64,000 nucleotides of DNA from Phoronis australis (GCA_002633005.1 NMRA01000933.1:17134-81133); one strand, 5' to 3'; counted from the stretch's first letter, positions 1-13,282 are shown. Numbers and translations: made by a program. Notes: generated by a model from the letters alone, not told the origin.

Positions 1-553
1 GTGCGGTACGAAAGTCTTTATTATTTGCTGCGGACAATGGTACGAGGAGGACAAATATCGTATATTTTGGCTTTCGGCTAAGTTTGTCTATTGTGTTCAG
101 TACTTTTCTGTTTCTTGGGTTGGTCACCAAAGCATCATATTTATTCCGTTAGAAACTCTTGTCCATTGTTATTTTTCTGGGATGGTGATACCCTAGGTTC
201 TTAATCATAAAAAATGAATGAAGACAAAAATGTGCTCTTACGCTCCACATAACAATTTCTGGAAATTACTTTAAACTGATTTCAGCAAAGTAATAAAGTA
301 TCTTGAGAATGCAGCCATAATGGTTCATTACTGAAAAAGTGTGTACAAATCATTTTCAGGCTGTGTTGAGCTAATAATCACATGACTTAACCTTTATTTG
401 TCAACGGTGAAATAGGAGCGTAAGATCAGATTTCTGTCTTAAGTTTCAAGTCACTTCTCGTGAAACAGACCCCTGTATTGCGTCTTTCCCAAAGATATTG
501 AACTGCAAAGAAATTGTCGATATTTATTGGAAGTAGCACGTGTTCCGTTTTAG

Positions 554-663
554 GCATGCACTCTGGTCCTGTTGTTGCTGGTGTGGTGGGCCTCAAGATG
601 CCGCGCTACTGTCTGTTCGGGGACACTGTCAACACAGCATCCCGGATGGAGAGCACAGGGGAG
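554..663 (+). CDS. Guanylyl cyclase catalytic-domain exon (internal; gene begins upstream of window)
   Basis: ttttag|GC ATG... reads (G)[36 protein letters not shown]|gtaatc, the canonical guanylyl cyclase signature, with AG/GT boundaries. Confidence 0.96.
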
Positions 664-851
664 GTAATCAGTAATCTGGTCTGAGATAGGTTTACAATTG
701 ATCGAACAGTAACCTACACATAATGTTGCCAATGTTTTTTGTGTATTCTGTCCATAGTGTAAGTGTTGTTGACGACCCGTGCTAAACACTCTTCCTGTGT
801 TTCATCTCAAAGCCGTTATCGAATCAACATTATTGGCCATTTTAAACACAG

Positions 852-944
852 GGAATGAAGATCCACATAAGTAACTCGACGGAACAGTTGCTGAACAGCG
901 ACTCCAAATACACCACAACGCACAGGGGCTCTGTCGAAGTTAAG
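852..944 (+). CDS. Guanylyl cyclase exon
   Basis: cacag|GMKIHISNSTEQLLNSDSKYTTTHRGSVEVK|gtaaga; 93 bp, phase 0/0, in frame with the previous exon. Confidence 0.95.
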
Positions 945-1484
945 GTAAGATCGTGCCAGAGTCTATCAACCCGAACCTAGCCAGCCATCTAGTTGGGTGT
1001 GACTGAACATATGCTGATACAACTTTGTACCAAAGCTGCTAATAACGCTATACTTGACTTTTTAGACACAGCATAATTACCACATTAGGGTAATTATTCT
1101 ATGAACAGGCACGATTAAAGAAATTCTCACTACCTTTCATAGTATTGCCAGTGGTCGTGCATTATAGGTTACGGAGAACATCTGACGCCTACTTTCTCTG
1201 ATATGGTGATTTTTATAAACGCTGCTAGACAAAATGAATGTGTCTAAGTCCATCTCTGTACATCATATGTTTTGCCTTCGTATTGAAACAGGCTTGTTTA
1301 TTGAAATTACTAAAGCTTTCCGCCCAAGTTTAGTAAAACTTAAAGCCCCGTGCAGCAACATCTTCAAAGACCATGCTGTTCAGGGTTACCCATTTTGTCT
1401 TGCGCCAACGCATTGTCTTTTATCGTGTGCCAGCTGATCAGCTACTAGGTAAAGCTCGAATTTGCGAATCCGTCAAGAAAGACA

Positions 1485-1970
1485 ACGGCAAAGAGATTTT
1501 TTGTGTGCCCCAATGCTCTATTCAAACGGGAGTGACCATCGGGAAAGGTGAAAGCAAAAGTGTCAATGCTGCCCAGCGGAGGGCTCAAGGTAACGAAAGC
1601 TTTGGCTGGAGGCCCCTGTGCGATTGCGATCCGCGGTACTGAGATGTGGTCTGCTCCGATCATTTTGTGAACGGTAAATTTGAGCTCCAATTTCTACCTT
1701 GTTCATTAGATAATAATAACTTCTAGACTAGAATGACTACATCCCGAAGGACCAAGGGGTTGAATTAGTCACTCTTTTTGATTTTTAAGACTATATCAAA
1801 GTGTTTAATGCAAGGAATTATTAATAATCTCGAATGCAGCAAGGCTAACTAACACTGCCTAAGCAAGAGTCGAGTTTCGTTTTTTAGTACTGAACACAGT
1901 TTAGTTTGTTTTGAAATTCTGTTGTATTTTCTAGGAAAGAGAAGTAGCAAGATGTGTCCAGCATATTTTC
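1485..1970 (+). pseudogene. Decayed two-exon THAP zinc-finger (DNA transposon-derived)
   Basis: xCVPQC...RKLWLEA...DVVCSDHFVNG|gtaaat (1673) and ctag|(G)KRSSKMCPAYF (1935); frameshifts and a stop; TTAA|AGCCCC possible element end at 1340-1350. Confidence 0.7.
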
Positions 1971-2399
1971 GTTTTCAAACTTCCAAGTTCCTGTAAACCA
2001 CCTGCTTTGCTGTTGAAGGAATTAGCCAATACCTCTCCATTGTATGCGAAAACGCGTCGAAACTTAGTTGAGCCATCAAGCAATGGAAGACCGCTGATAG
2101 AAGTTCTAGAAGCAGTTGTTGAGGAACACCCCTTATGACTATATTGTTGGCAAACAAGAGTGTGTTGTTGGTCTGGTCAAGTATATGTCTGAAATAACGA
2201 AGTACATGAACAGACTTGAACACTGCAGGAACATAACACACTCTACAGCACCGCAGAAAGTTTTTGTGACGATGGAATGAGTGACCGTGGGTCTTGTTAA
2301 AAGACCTGAATCTGAAAATGACAACCCTGTTTTCATTTCTTGCAATGTACACTTTGTTGTACGAGTGGTCATAAAAAGAAGAATTGATTGTATAGTCAC

Positions 2400-5300
2400 T
2401 CTTCCACCATGACTTGATATGCGTGCAATTTTGGATTGTTCACACTGCTAGCAGGATGTTCATAAACTGGGTCCTTATCCCTAAATTGGTGTATGTGACA
2501 CCCACACGGGTGTTTCTGAAAGTATCCAGTGCCTAATGAACAGTTTTCAGTTGAAATTCACCAGCCAACTCAATTTCGTAGTGTGATTCCACCGCAATCA
2601 AAAAACTGTGCACAGCTCATAGTCACCTTCATCATCTGTAGCCTGCACGCGGCCGACATTGTAGTTGTGGTCCAGGACTGCCAGCTGCATCCTAGCCTGC
2701 ATCGCTGGGAATGCGAAGTGAAGTCGCTTGGGGGCAAACTTCAGCATTGTAGAATGGAATGACTCCAGGATGCCCGGAAAACACACACAACATATTGCGT
2801 ATCAAACAATATTTTAATTACACTATGTACTACTAAATTGTGTAAGGCCAAAAAGCCATAATTGGTTCTGGTCAGTAACCCGACACATTTTGAAACCTGC
2901 GTTCTCAATACCACCTCATTTCAGTTCTGCTTGAAAATACAACCAAAACAAGAAGTCTCATAACACCATCGATCACACAAAAACAGAACGGAACCAATTC
3001 TGCTTTTTTGGCCTCGTGTTCTGCAAACAAGACATTGCCAGTTTCCAATGCTCACAACAACCTTGAAATATGCATACGTGTAAGCCCCACTCAAGTAGTG
3101 GGAAGTCGAACACACTAAAGAATGAACAAATGAATGTATTGGAATCTGATATAGTACTTTCGATGGGAATAAATGAATTTCAGTTTGCACATACCATTGT
3201 ACATTTAGTGTGCTTGAACTGTGTCATTTGGTGGAGGTCCTTTAGGAGGACTGGAGCAGTAAAAATCTTTCTCAGAGCCCTGTACGCGGAGGAATCTTCT
3301 TGAAGCCACATTGTCAGCCTTTGCTTTTCTTCAGATAGCGGTTCGTGCTGACAAATCTGTAAGTTCCATCTTCGTCCTCCCAAGTGTGAATGCCTCGGAT
3401 GTGATTCAGCATTGACAGCCAAGTTCGCTTCAACTTCTGCAATTGAGTGAATTTCTTATTTACAATTCATGCAAATGGTCGGACTCCACTATATCGTTTT
3501 AAAAAAATTGACGAAAAATGTCTAAATTCGGCTAGTTTCGTCGAAGTTTTGGGGAACCTTGAAAGAAAACTCCAAAAATAACAGTAAATCACTTAAAAAT
3601 GAACCGAGATCATTTCCTCAAAAATTGCGCCAATTTTCAGCCTAAAGAGACTTAGTCAACTTTTTTGAAAGCTAATGTATAAACATACTGTTCTTTTTAG
3701 TAATGTAATTGTTGACTAAACAAGCAAAGTGCAGAAATGGACATTTTTAAAAGTTTTATTCAGTCTACAATCTAATTACAATGAAATAACCAATGAGATA
3801 ATAACCACCAATTTCAACAGCTCAACTCTTTAGCCAGGACTGAATAACAAGCAAAATACCCAATCTGGCACACTATTTTTGGATGCTTCTTCAAAATTCC
3901 AAAGAGCATGTGACCCCAGTGTTTATAAATTTATTAGAAAACACAACTCACTTAGTGTGAAAACATGTCACTGAAGGTCTGACACAGCTGTACTATCCTG
4001 CCCTGTGAGAACGGTTTAATAAGACTTATAGGCCACACCTCCCTACTTGACTAAAAGTCTGAAAAGCAGTTATCCACTGAATAACTGTAGTCTTGCTATT
4101 CTGTGAAAAACGACTGTCGGATCTCCAGTTGAAACAAGGCATATACGAATGCAACCGATTATTATATTTTTTACTAAACAGCAACATTTTCTGGAAGGAA
4201 ATGAAAGTTATCATATGGTTACTTGTAAAAAATATTCCTTGACAACAAGTTGTCATGTGTTGCAGCATGCCATTCAATACCTAATGATCTGAGAGTAGCC
4301 GTTGTGTTTGATGTTCCTAAAAATATGTGGAATACTTACATCTGCATCACCTCCGCATGAAAAAGAGCTGTACCAGAGGTGGTGTGTGATGCTTTTCGTC
4401 CATTTTAGCAGAAGCTGGTTCCCACTTTTCCGTACACCAGCATTGACTTTTTTCTTTGTGCCTAAAACAAAATAAGAAAAATTAGTAAACAAGGGCTAGA
4501 GTGAACTGTATTGAGTAAAATTGGCAAATACATGTAAAAATGGTGATCAATTTTTGATTTTACAAAGGAGAAAGATGAAGAAATGTAGCAAAGAATACCC
4601 CATGAACTGAACTGCATATAGCAAGAAATAGCAATAAGAAACAGTTACTATAACTCAATAAACTGTACACCAACAGAAAATGAACAATGGAGCAGATACT
4701 ACTGGAATGTGTTCATGACAGTTTGTCAGGGTTTATTAGCTTAGGAATTTCTATGAACATATTCAGTTTTAAACTTATCTGTTATTAAGTGGAGACAAAA
4801 TTCTGCAGCCATCTATTTACTTCTTTATGCAATAGTTATGACTTCATTACAGTTGTTTATGCGTCATTTCCTTGTTTTCTATACATTTCATATATCCTCT
4901 ATTATGTTAAATGTTTACAGGACTTAGTGACACTGATAACCTATTGTATTGTATTGTACATGCCTGTAGCAGCTCATTCTATAATTCAAGACACCTGGCT
5001 CTAATGTTAGTCTTGACTTGTATGTACAAACATCCCAGCCCAAGCTTCTCCCTCACTGAAGACTAATCTGGATTTCATTACAACACCTAAGCTGGATTGC
5101 ATAAAACTTCAAAATTAGTTTGAGTGGATGTCATTGTTCCTATAGGACATATAACTTTTATGCAACTGGACCCTGGTCTATTGTCATAAATACCTTTGTA
5201 GTGACTGCATTGTTTTCATTTGAGTTACTCTAAACAATGCACACAAGCATTTCAACACCATAGGCTTGTTATAATGTATGAGGTTATTATTCGAAAAAAA

Positions 5301-7174
5301 CTTTGAATGTCAAAAATATCCACATAGGTAACTTGATGTACAATGACCAAACACCTAAATCAACCACTTCAATGGAAATGTGTTGAAAAAAAAGAACAAA
5401 ACTGCCCACTATTATTGTGACCAATTGTCTAATAAGCAACAGTTACCACAATAGAACTGTAGGGCTGCAACTACAACTTTGAATTCAAGATGCAGGTCAG
5501 AAGACATTCACGAATTTTAAATGACACCAAGTTCTGAGATAAATTTGCACTACCACTATGGGCACATTTCAAATTAGACTGGACAGGGACCTGTCATTGA
5601 ATATCATCAGAAAACCCAACACAAAAATACTTTTCAGCAATGACACAAAACCCATTTTTCCAAAGCAACCATGTGATAGGAAATAAAATTTGACAAAGAA
5701 AACCTTTAACATATCTTAGATACATGCTACAAATTACTAGCAACATGCCCCGATTAAAAAATTGCCCTAACTGGAAAACAATGCCAAGGACCTGCAGGTT
5801 ACTTGTTATATAACAGTAGCCAAAAATGCAAACAATTTTCATCCCTTCAGAACATACCTTTGCATACATGCCAGCAGTCAAACTGATGAGCTTACTCGGG
5901 ATAGTCATTCTTCATCTTCTTCCGAAGGGAAGGGGACCTGTCCGTGGTGACTGAGGCAATCTGTAGACCATGGTCAAGCAGTCGCTCCATGCAGCGGACA
6001 AAACCATCACGTTCCATGACTGGTGATGATGTCGACTCTGTCACCTGTAGTAACAACAATATATTTACTGACTGACTAAACATCATCTACACATTAAAGT
6101 AAAACAGTGTGACACTGCAGCGCAGTGGACCTCCGGCATACCACGGACAGAGGAACAACTGTCCCAGTTGCCAGAGTGTCCCGCGACACACTCCCACTGG
6201 ATGGTCACCTGATCACCCAAACTGCTTACATCGTGTCGTGTGACTCCCTCGCCACACACCTGGCACCTTCTAAATAGCTCCAACACTTTAGACAAGTCCA
6301 CAATAAACTTATCAAAGTTTGGCTCACGGAACTGTTCACTGGATGACGAACTGTCCTCTTCACTGGGTGTCGAACTGGGCTTGTAATAACTCCCACTACT
6401 CGATATCGCTGCAGGGCTGCTTAGAGGCTCTGGGCTGGAGACAACAGCACAGGGCGAATCACTACTGGTTCCCGGAATTGCACGCTCTGGGGTACGTTTG
6501 GAGGCACGGGTGACAGTAGATGAAGTGCCTCCACTTGCCCCAGTCATTGTACTGGCCACAGCTCGCTAGGCTTCTCGCTTCGAAAACGCACTTCTCGGGG
6601 TTGGCAACGGGGCACTGCCGGTAATCAACACAGACGGAATGGCACTCTTCTTCAGGCGTTGTTTCGCAGGGACCTTCGTCAGTTCAGCATGCAAATCTAT
6701 TTCATAATCGTACGGCAGAAAGTGCTAGCCACACACTCGGTAATTCTCCACTGCTTTGTAAGTTGCGTGGACGGGTAACGCTGCATTCTTCACACGAACG
6801 AGCCAAGTACGGCGAAGTGTTTCATCCTTCGGGAAGCGATGCAAAGGTACTCCCAAAGCGCGCGTGACACGATAATTAGTACATCGCGGTACGCAGCAAC
6901 AGTGTGGCATGTTGACTGACTGGTAAATGAAAGCAAACGACGACGGAACTAACACAACTGAGGTAGAACAATGACTGACTCAGCAGCTCTCACAGTCAGA
7001 CTATATGAAAAGAATTTGGCGCGAAATGCATGCCTCCCAAAACGTCACTTCCGGAGTAGCAGACGAGTAATTAATCAAATTACGAAAAGCTGTAATTAAG
7101 TGGAAAATATGTCTAAGATAACCAACCAACCTTATTTTAGCTCAAAATGACATGAAAAAAGGTTGCCTTCGCCT
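2400..7174 (-). mobile_element. Decayed Kolobok-superfamily DNA transposon in the cyclase intron
   Basis: On - the terminus reads TTAA|AGGCGAAGGCAACC (TTAA at 7175-7178), about 260 bp upstream of the transposase ATG; other terminus not found, so the left boundary is approximate. Confidence 0.8.
2626..6910 (-). pseudogene. Kolobok THAP-DDE transposase pseudogene, at least 5 exons (6910-~6130, 6044-5858, 4461-4340, 3436-~3207, ~2772-2626)
   Basis: THAP MPHCCCVPRC...HRFPKD...W...RVCG*HF; Zn finger CQVC...WEC..GH...W; VTTDRS...HQFDCWHVCK; KWTKSITHHLWYS; WLSMLNHIRGIHTW; KHT/GILESFHSTMLKFAPKRLHF...ARMQLAVLDHN; in-frame stops, a frameshift and degenerate splice sites. Confidence 0.88.
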
Positions 7175-7358
7175 TTAAGGCGTCTGAAACAATCTCGCTA
7201 GTTCGGATGCACACTGAAAGAGCGAGGCAAAGGATTTACTCTTATGGTATTGCTGGCGGTAAAGTTTTGTCAACGAAAGATATTGCTGATCAACTGATCA
7301 CTGTTTGTGCTTTTCTTGTCAACTTTAAGGTTTTTTGGAAAGGAAATGACTGAAGCAT

Positions 7359-9149
7359 CAGTGGCGGATCTACGTTTTCAGCAAGGGGGGTTTAGGATTC
7401 CCGCCAAGGTCGAATCCTAGGTGCGTGGCGCCGAGCTGGGGGAGGTCGGGAGGGGAAACACCCCCTCCCGTGTAAGATATTTTTTGTTTTTGTAGCCAAA
7501 TAGTGAAATTTCCATGTATCCTGATAAGTTTCTGGCACTTAACTTGTCTCTGGAGTTTTTCTTAAGATAATTAAAAACCCTTCTGGATTTCGTCACATGA
7601 ACTTGGCACATAAGTTTCGTGAAACCATATTGTGCACATCTGGGTATGAGTCACGCCACCAGCAAAAGTGTTTTTTGGAACATCTGCTTACACACACCTT
7701 TTTTAGCATACGAAAAGTCGTATACGAAAAAGTGTGGTGTGTATACATGGGTTAAGACAATTTCCAAATATTCAAGAGCATAATTAAGGAGCACCGACGG
7801 GACGTAAAAACTTGAATGTCAGATGATCGCATAACAGCAGCCTCAAGTTGTTTAAGAACGCACACCTGTAGTGTTAGTCCGGAAATAAAAATGTGTTCTG
7901 TCTCGTTACGAGAAAAACTGGCGAACGATGGTGCTCTCAGCTCATAGTCTATTATCAAAAGCGACAATAAATAATTAGATATCACTTTATTTAGCTGAAT
8001 CACGTTGACAACAATTGAAAAACATCAAATCTATCAGGAAACAAATCATCTGAAAACAGTTTCACGAAACCGAAACATCCTGTGCACAGTGGTGAAAAGA
8101 TACACTGGACTAGTTTGCAGAGGGACCAGATGTACACTGAGAGTACACCTGTGCTTATTATCTCTATACAAAATTGTCGATCTGTCGCGGGATCAAACAG
8201 TACTGGCTGAGATAAATAGTTTTACAAAGCACACTTTGGTAAAAAAATCACAAGACTAGTTCGCCGAGGGACCAGAAGTACACTGAAACTCAACATCTAC
8301 ACAAATCAAGCTGGCCTGGTCCGTCGCGAGACCTAAAGTGTACTATGCAAAAAATTTTGAATTGAAAATTTCTCTCTAAAATTTTAATCCCCAGTGGTTA
8401 CTCATACGTTAGTCCTATCCTTATGTTGTCTAGACTGCCGAGGAATTTGTATATCGGATCCAATGATTTGCTCGTCTTGGAACCATTCTACCCAGATATC
8501 TTCGTTGTTTGTTCCCAACGCTTGCACTTCNNNNNNNNNNNNNNNNNNNNNNNNNNNNNNNNNNNNNNNNNNNNNNNNNNNNNNNNNNNNNNNNNNNNNN
8601 NNNNNNNNNNNNNNNNNNNNNNNNNNNNNNNNNNNNNNNNNNNNNNNNNNNNNNNNNNNNNNNNNNNNNNNNNNNNNNNNNNNNNNNNNNNNNNNNNNNN
8701 NNNNNNNNNNNNNNNNNNNNNNNNNNNNNNNNNNNNNNNNNNNNNNNNNNNNNNNNNNNNNNNNNNNNNNNNNNNNNNNNNNNNNNNNNNNNNNNNNNNN
8801 NNNNNNNNNNNNNNNNNNNNNNNNNNNNNNNNNNNNNNNNNNNNNNNNNNNNNNNNNNNNNNNNNNNNNNNNNNNNNNNNNNNNNNNNNNNNNNNNNNNN
8901 NNNNNNNNNNNNNNNNNNNNNNNNNNNNNNNNNNNNNNNNNNNNNNNNNNNNNNNNNNNNNNNNNNNNNNNNNNNNNNNNNNNNNNNNNNNNNNNNNNNN
9001 NNNNNNNNNNNNNNNNNNNNNNNNNNNNNNNNNNNNNNNNNNNNNNNNNNNNNNNNNNNNNNNNNNNNNNNNNNNNNNNNNNNNNNNNNNNNNNNNNNNN
9101 NNNNNNNGGGGGGTTTAAGCCCCCTGAACCCCCCGTAGATCCGCCACTG
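7359..9149. mobile_element. Non-autonomous hAT-like element with 5-bp TSD (spans a gap)
   Basis: Perfect 16-bp TIR CAGTGGCGGATCTACG / CGTAGATCCGCCACTG; AGCAT on both sides (7354-7358, 9150-9154); internal ~147-bp duplicated unit at ~8110-8345. Confidence 0.85.
8531..9107. other. Assembly gap (N run)
   Basis: N bases. Confidence 1.
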
Positions 9150-10327
9150 AGCATAGTTCAGTTCATTGGTTACACTTGATTGACTTCGTCGGCTCCATCT
9201 GGACAATCGGCAGAGACATCTCCTTGGTTCTCGATGACGACTTCAGGCTTACAGACCAATGAGATGTCTTAGCCGCATGACCAGGCGGAACCAAATGCAG
9301 CCATTGTTTTCCAGGGTCTAATAAGGCCATATGTAGATACTCGAAAGATAGGAGTATTTATATTTACACGAATTCCCATCCACACGCTCCCCCCATTTTC
9401 TTGGACATTCTGTCTTATTCAAAAAGAAGAATCTATAATCTATTCATAACCAAGTTCGACAAAAAGACTAAATGACTTAGAAAGAATTGGGGGCAAGCCT
9501 AAATATCAAAACAACTAGAGAGTGGTGGAGAAAAGCCTACGGTTGTTCAATTAAGTTTACTTATGACACCAATTTAATGTGGTTCCAGTTCAGAATTACT
9601 CATACAACTGTAAGCACAAATACTTATCTTCACAAGATTTGAGTTTTACCAAACGATAATTGATCTTTCTGTAACCATGAGTCAAATGAACTCCATTTGC
9701 ACTGGTCTTGTGATATTGTACAATCTTTTGGATGTCGTTTAGGGAATGGATTTGTCGTAAAACGGGTCAAGCTTTTGAAATAACATTCGTTGGTTTTTTT
9801 TTCTGGAAATTTGACGGACCAAAAATATGTAAGTTAATAATTTGTCTTGGGAAACTACACGTATACAAAAGAAGACTGGAAAACCTTCAACCAAATTTGG
9901 AAGCCAAGCGCGCGCGCGCGTGTGTGTGTGTAGCTAAATGTGCGTTTATTAAGTCATCTTATTTGTAATTATGCTACTTCATATCTTACATGCAATACAA
10001 TGAAAACAAGTGCAGCCATTGTAATTTGCTAATTTTGAAACTGGAAATAAATGAGGTTAGGTATAATATGTCCGTCAGAAACTAACAAGCATGGAATCAT
10101 AGTTTCTGTGTTTGTTCTGGTTTTGTTAATAAATGTGTATTTTATAACAGTGACTGTTTTTATCTGTATTGAGAAATAATTCGCCTTATTTGTCACGTGT
10201 AATTTAAAAGTAAGGTATCCAGATCTTGTAAGAAACCTATTGGATCCAATTTGTACTGCTTATTGTAATGTTATTGAGGATCTACACATGACTCGATGAT
10301 TTAAAAAAATAAACTACTTACTGGTTG

Positions 10328-10450
10328 GCCAGAATTATGCCGAAGGTGAAGACGTATAGTAATGGTACGCAGGCGTCATTCCGTCCGTCCGACCGTCAGT
10401 CCTTACGTCCATCCGTCCGTGCAAGGAAATTTCCTGTGCGCATATTCTAC
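10328..10450 (+). repeat. Helentron/DINE-1-like non-autonomous element 5' part
   Basis: Short head followed by degenerate (CCGT)n tract: ccgtccgtccgaccgtcagtccttacgtccatccgtccgt. Confidence 0.45.
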
Positions 10451-12398
10451 ATTCCTCATTGGTTGCTCAGGAACAATTCAATAATGTCACATGTGTCCGT
10501 CATTTGGAGAAAAGTGTATCTACAGATGTGTTTATAAATTCAATTAAACCAGATTCGCTGAACACACTTGTAATACATACCTGGGAATTACTAATTATAC
10601 AATGGTATGTGACCGAAACGATTTTGGACAAAATCATTTTAACACGGTTTAGTAAGCCTATCCTTTTAAGCAAAGTTCATACTAAAAATATTTCCAATTA
10701 AACTGAACCCACATTTTGTGCACGTATAAATTATCAGTGTTTTGAGATAAGTAAGAGGAAATCTATTAAACACAAGGCTCTTTTCGCAACGTAAAATGCA
10801 ATATCTTTTCATAGTCGTGTTGAGAGTGGAACACAACAAATTATACTACTATGCTACTATAGGCCTACTTAGTTCACATTCCCCTTCAGCGACACCATCA
10901 CCATCCTTTGCTAAATTCTCATCATTACTGTCTTCAACAGGAAACAAAACTCAGCTGTGACGCTGTTAGTGACTTCGACAAAAATGTTTCCGCCACAATC
11001 AGCTTTTTAATAATTAGAATCAATGACTAATTACGAAATCAATTGACATCGCTTCAGAAAATAACTATCAATAATTAGATTGCGTGACATATTTATATTT
11101 TATTGCCACTTTGAGCTCACATCTGCGTTGATAACTTATAGATCAATCAAACAAAAAGTGTGCCTCCGTATATAGTACAGAAATTTAATTTTAACAGGAG
11201 CATCGACGCATGCTACCAAAAATAACTCTTCGGTAACTTTTGAACTGGTTTAAGATTTAAGAGTCACGATGTTGAGTCACAAAACATTGCGGCGTGCATT
11301 TTTTGTCTCGTATACCATCACACAGTTGTACTGACATGAACCTTTCGGACGTCGCGACCTGGCCAAGACCTTGTCAGGTTACTGACATACTCCACACATC
11401 ATCATAAGTGTTCGTATAATAACGAAAAAAATCTAATTTTTATCGTTTTGCGTGATCAATTGAGAGCCCCTTTGACAAGTTCATATTTTAGACGTTTGAA
11501 GAGTTGTATTACTGCCTTTTGCCACTGTTTGTCGTTTAATGTTGCCTAATAAACCTTTGCCCATCTCTTGTTATAATCACGAAAGTGAGTGTTTACCTAA
11601 CCTCCGAAGTCCAGTGCTCCTTGCAGATCGAAACTAACAAAACAAGAATAAAGTTTTGTCCAAACACATGTGGTGTACGTGAATGCTGACTAAGTACCAG
11701 AACTCTAGGTTCGCGAAAAGCATTATAAGTAACCTGCTGAAAGCGAGTCATCGCTTTGGTTCATTTTTTGTGGAAACTTTTGATTTAGTTATTAATACGG
11801 CAAGTTAACGCTCCTAATTGATTCACAGCCGCTAACTTGTTTTATTCTAGTTTGCGATTTTGACTCGACTTAATTAGCACTGGGTGAGTTTTTAAGCCAG
11901 ATTGCCCTTGCACATCGATCGCGGGCTCCACTAATGTGGCTCTTATACTAGGACGTGTGTGTATTTCTGTATTTCAATAGAGTGTGCTGTCTTAGTGTCT
12001 TGTTAGTTTGGCGCCCATACTGGGAGATTCGGCTTACTGGTTTCGCCAGAACTTTTAGTTGAACTTTTGTTTGAATGCACTGGAAAAGTAGCTTCCTGGA
12101 TCTCCAGTAAACTTTCAGAATTCGAATGTTTAGTGATGACGTGTCTGCTACTAATATGACGCGATTTCGACCGTTGATTAAGAACAGAAGCGCAGAACCA
12201 CATCACATTTAAAAAAATTGGAGGTCTTTGACTTTTTCAGATTCAGGTAACCACGGGGGCAATTTAGCCTTTGAAAGTTTTCTAGTGTACCATATCAAAT
12301 TTGGTTTCCAGACACGGCATGTTTGAGTCTCCAAAAGCGCTCGCGGTCTCGCTAACGCACAGGCCCGTTCTGTGATATTGTCCAAACTTTGTTTTCAG

Positions 12399-12651
12399 GG
12401 TAAAGGCGAAATGAAAACGTTTTGGCTGACGTCTACCTCGGAAAGGCCTATACCTGTGTTGGATGAAATGCCGGTTCACGGGGCGTTCTTCATCCAAGAC
12501 GATCTCATGCAAGATGGCCGCGACTCTCCGACGCACTCTGTTTATACACCTGTCACTTATGACGAAATCAATCACTCAGAAAAGCAGATAACAACCGAGG
12601 CTATGATTGAGCTCAATCACGGTACAAATGCTGTTTTCAGTTCTTCTTATG
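12399..12651 (+). CDS. Guanylyl cyclase exon: end of catalytic domain plus C-terminal tail (Gyc88E-like atypical soluble GC)
   Basis: ttttcag|GKGEMKTFWL continues ...VEVK after an 11.4-kb intron; tail contains VYTPVTYDEI, resembling the YSPVTF motif of Gyc88E-type tails. 3' end uncertain: phase-1 donors after 12621 or 12651, or read-through to the stop at 12827. Confidence 0.85.
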
Positions 12652-13032
12652 GTAAAGTTGGGGAATGTCTGACTGCCAATCGTCTTAACTTTTCGAAGAG
12701 CACTAAGTTTGAAACGCAAAAAGGCGGAATTGGCTTGATGGGACGAGGAGTTACCAAAGAACTTTGGACTTCGCAAAGAACCATGACCCAAAGTTTGCTG
12801 AGAGCCCACATTGATGAAATCATATAATTAGCTATGATTAATAGCAAACGAGATAGCCGATTGCATTTGACTCCGTCTGAAATGAATGGCTAGATCGATG
12901 TTTTTACCTCGGGTCATTTTCACTTCGATATTAGTAGTAGAGATTTATAAAACGCACTATTGTTTGCGAAAAGACCGTTCTATGTTTGTATATATTTTAA
13001 TATTTCTTATCTTTATTTTCCCGTGTGTTTAG

Positions 13033-13085
13033 GTAGAAAGAGCATTTCATCGTTAAATGACTCAGGTTTGGATGTTTCTGCCTAG
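13033..13085 (+). CDS. Probable terminal coding exon of the guanylyl cyclase
   Basis: Pyrimidine tract then tttag|GT AGA AAG... gives (G)RKSISSLNDSGLDVSA*; phase 1 matches both candidate upstream donors. Confidence 0.6.
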
Positions 13086-13276
13086 ACTTCCTGTAGACAT
13101 TAACCCATAGATGTCGGTAGCTCATACTTAATGTGCGTGAGTTAGCAGACGATAATATATTGTGTACGTGCAACATAGAAATGAAACTTCTGTTTTGTTG
13201 TAACCTGTCGTGTGTTCCAAAAAGTTCCTATATATGTTGTTGATGTGTTGATCTAAGTGGCTATTGCTGTTGCATA

Positions 13277-13282
13277 AATAAA
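13277..13282 (+). terminator. Candidate polyadenylation signal of the cyclase gene
   Basis: AATAAA about 190 bp after the putative stop. Confidence 0.3.

Noticed and set aside
550-789. 79-aa minus-strand ORF
   Set aside because: Antisense shadow of the cyclase exon
8394-9206. Long ORFs in several frames
   Set aside because: Artefacts of the N gap
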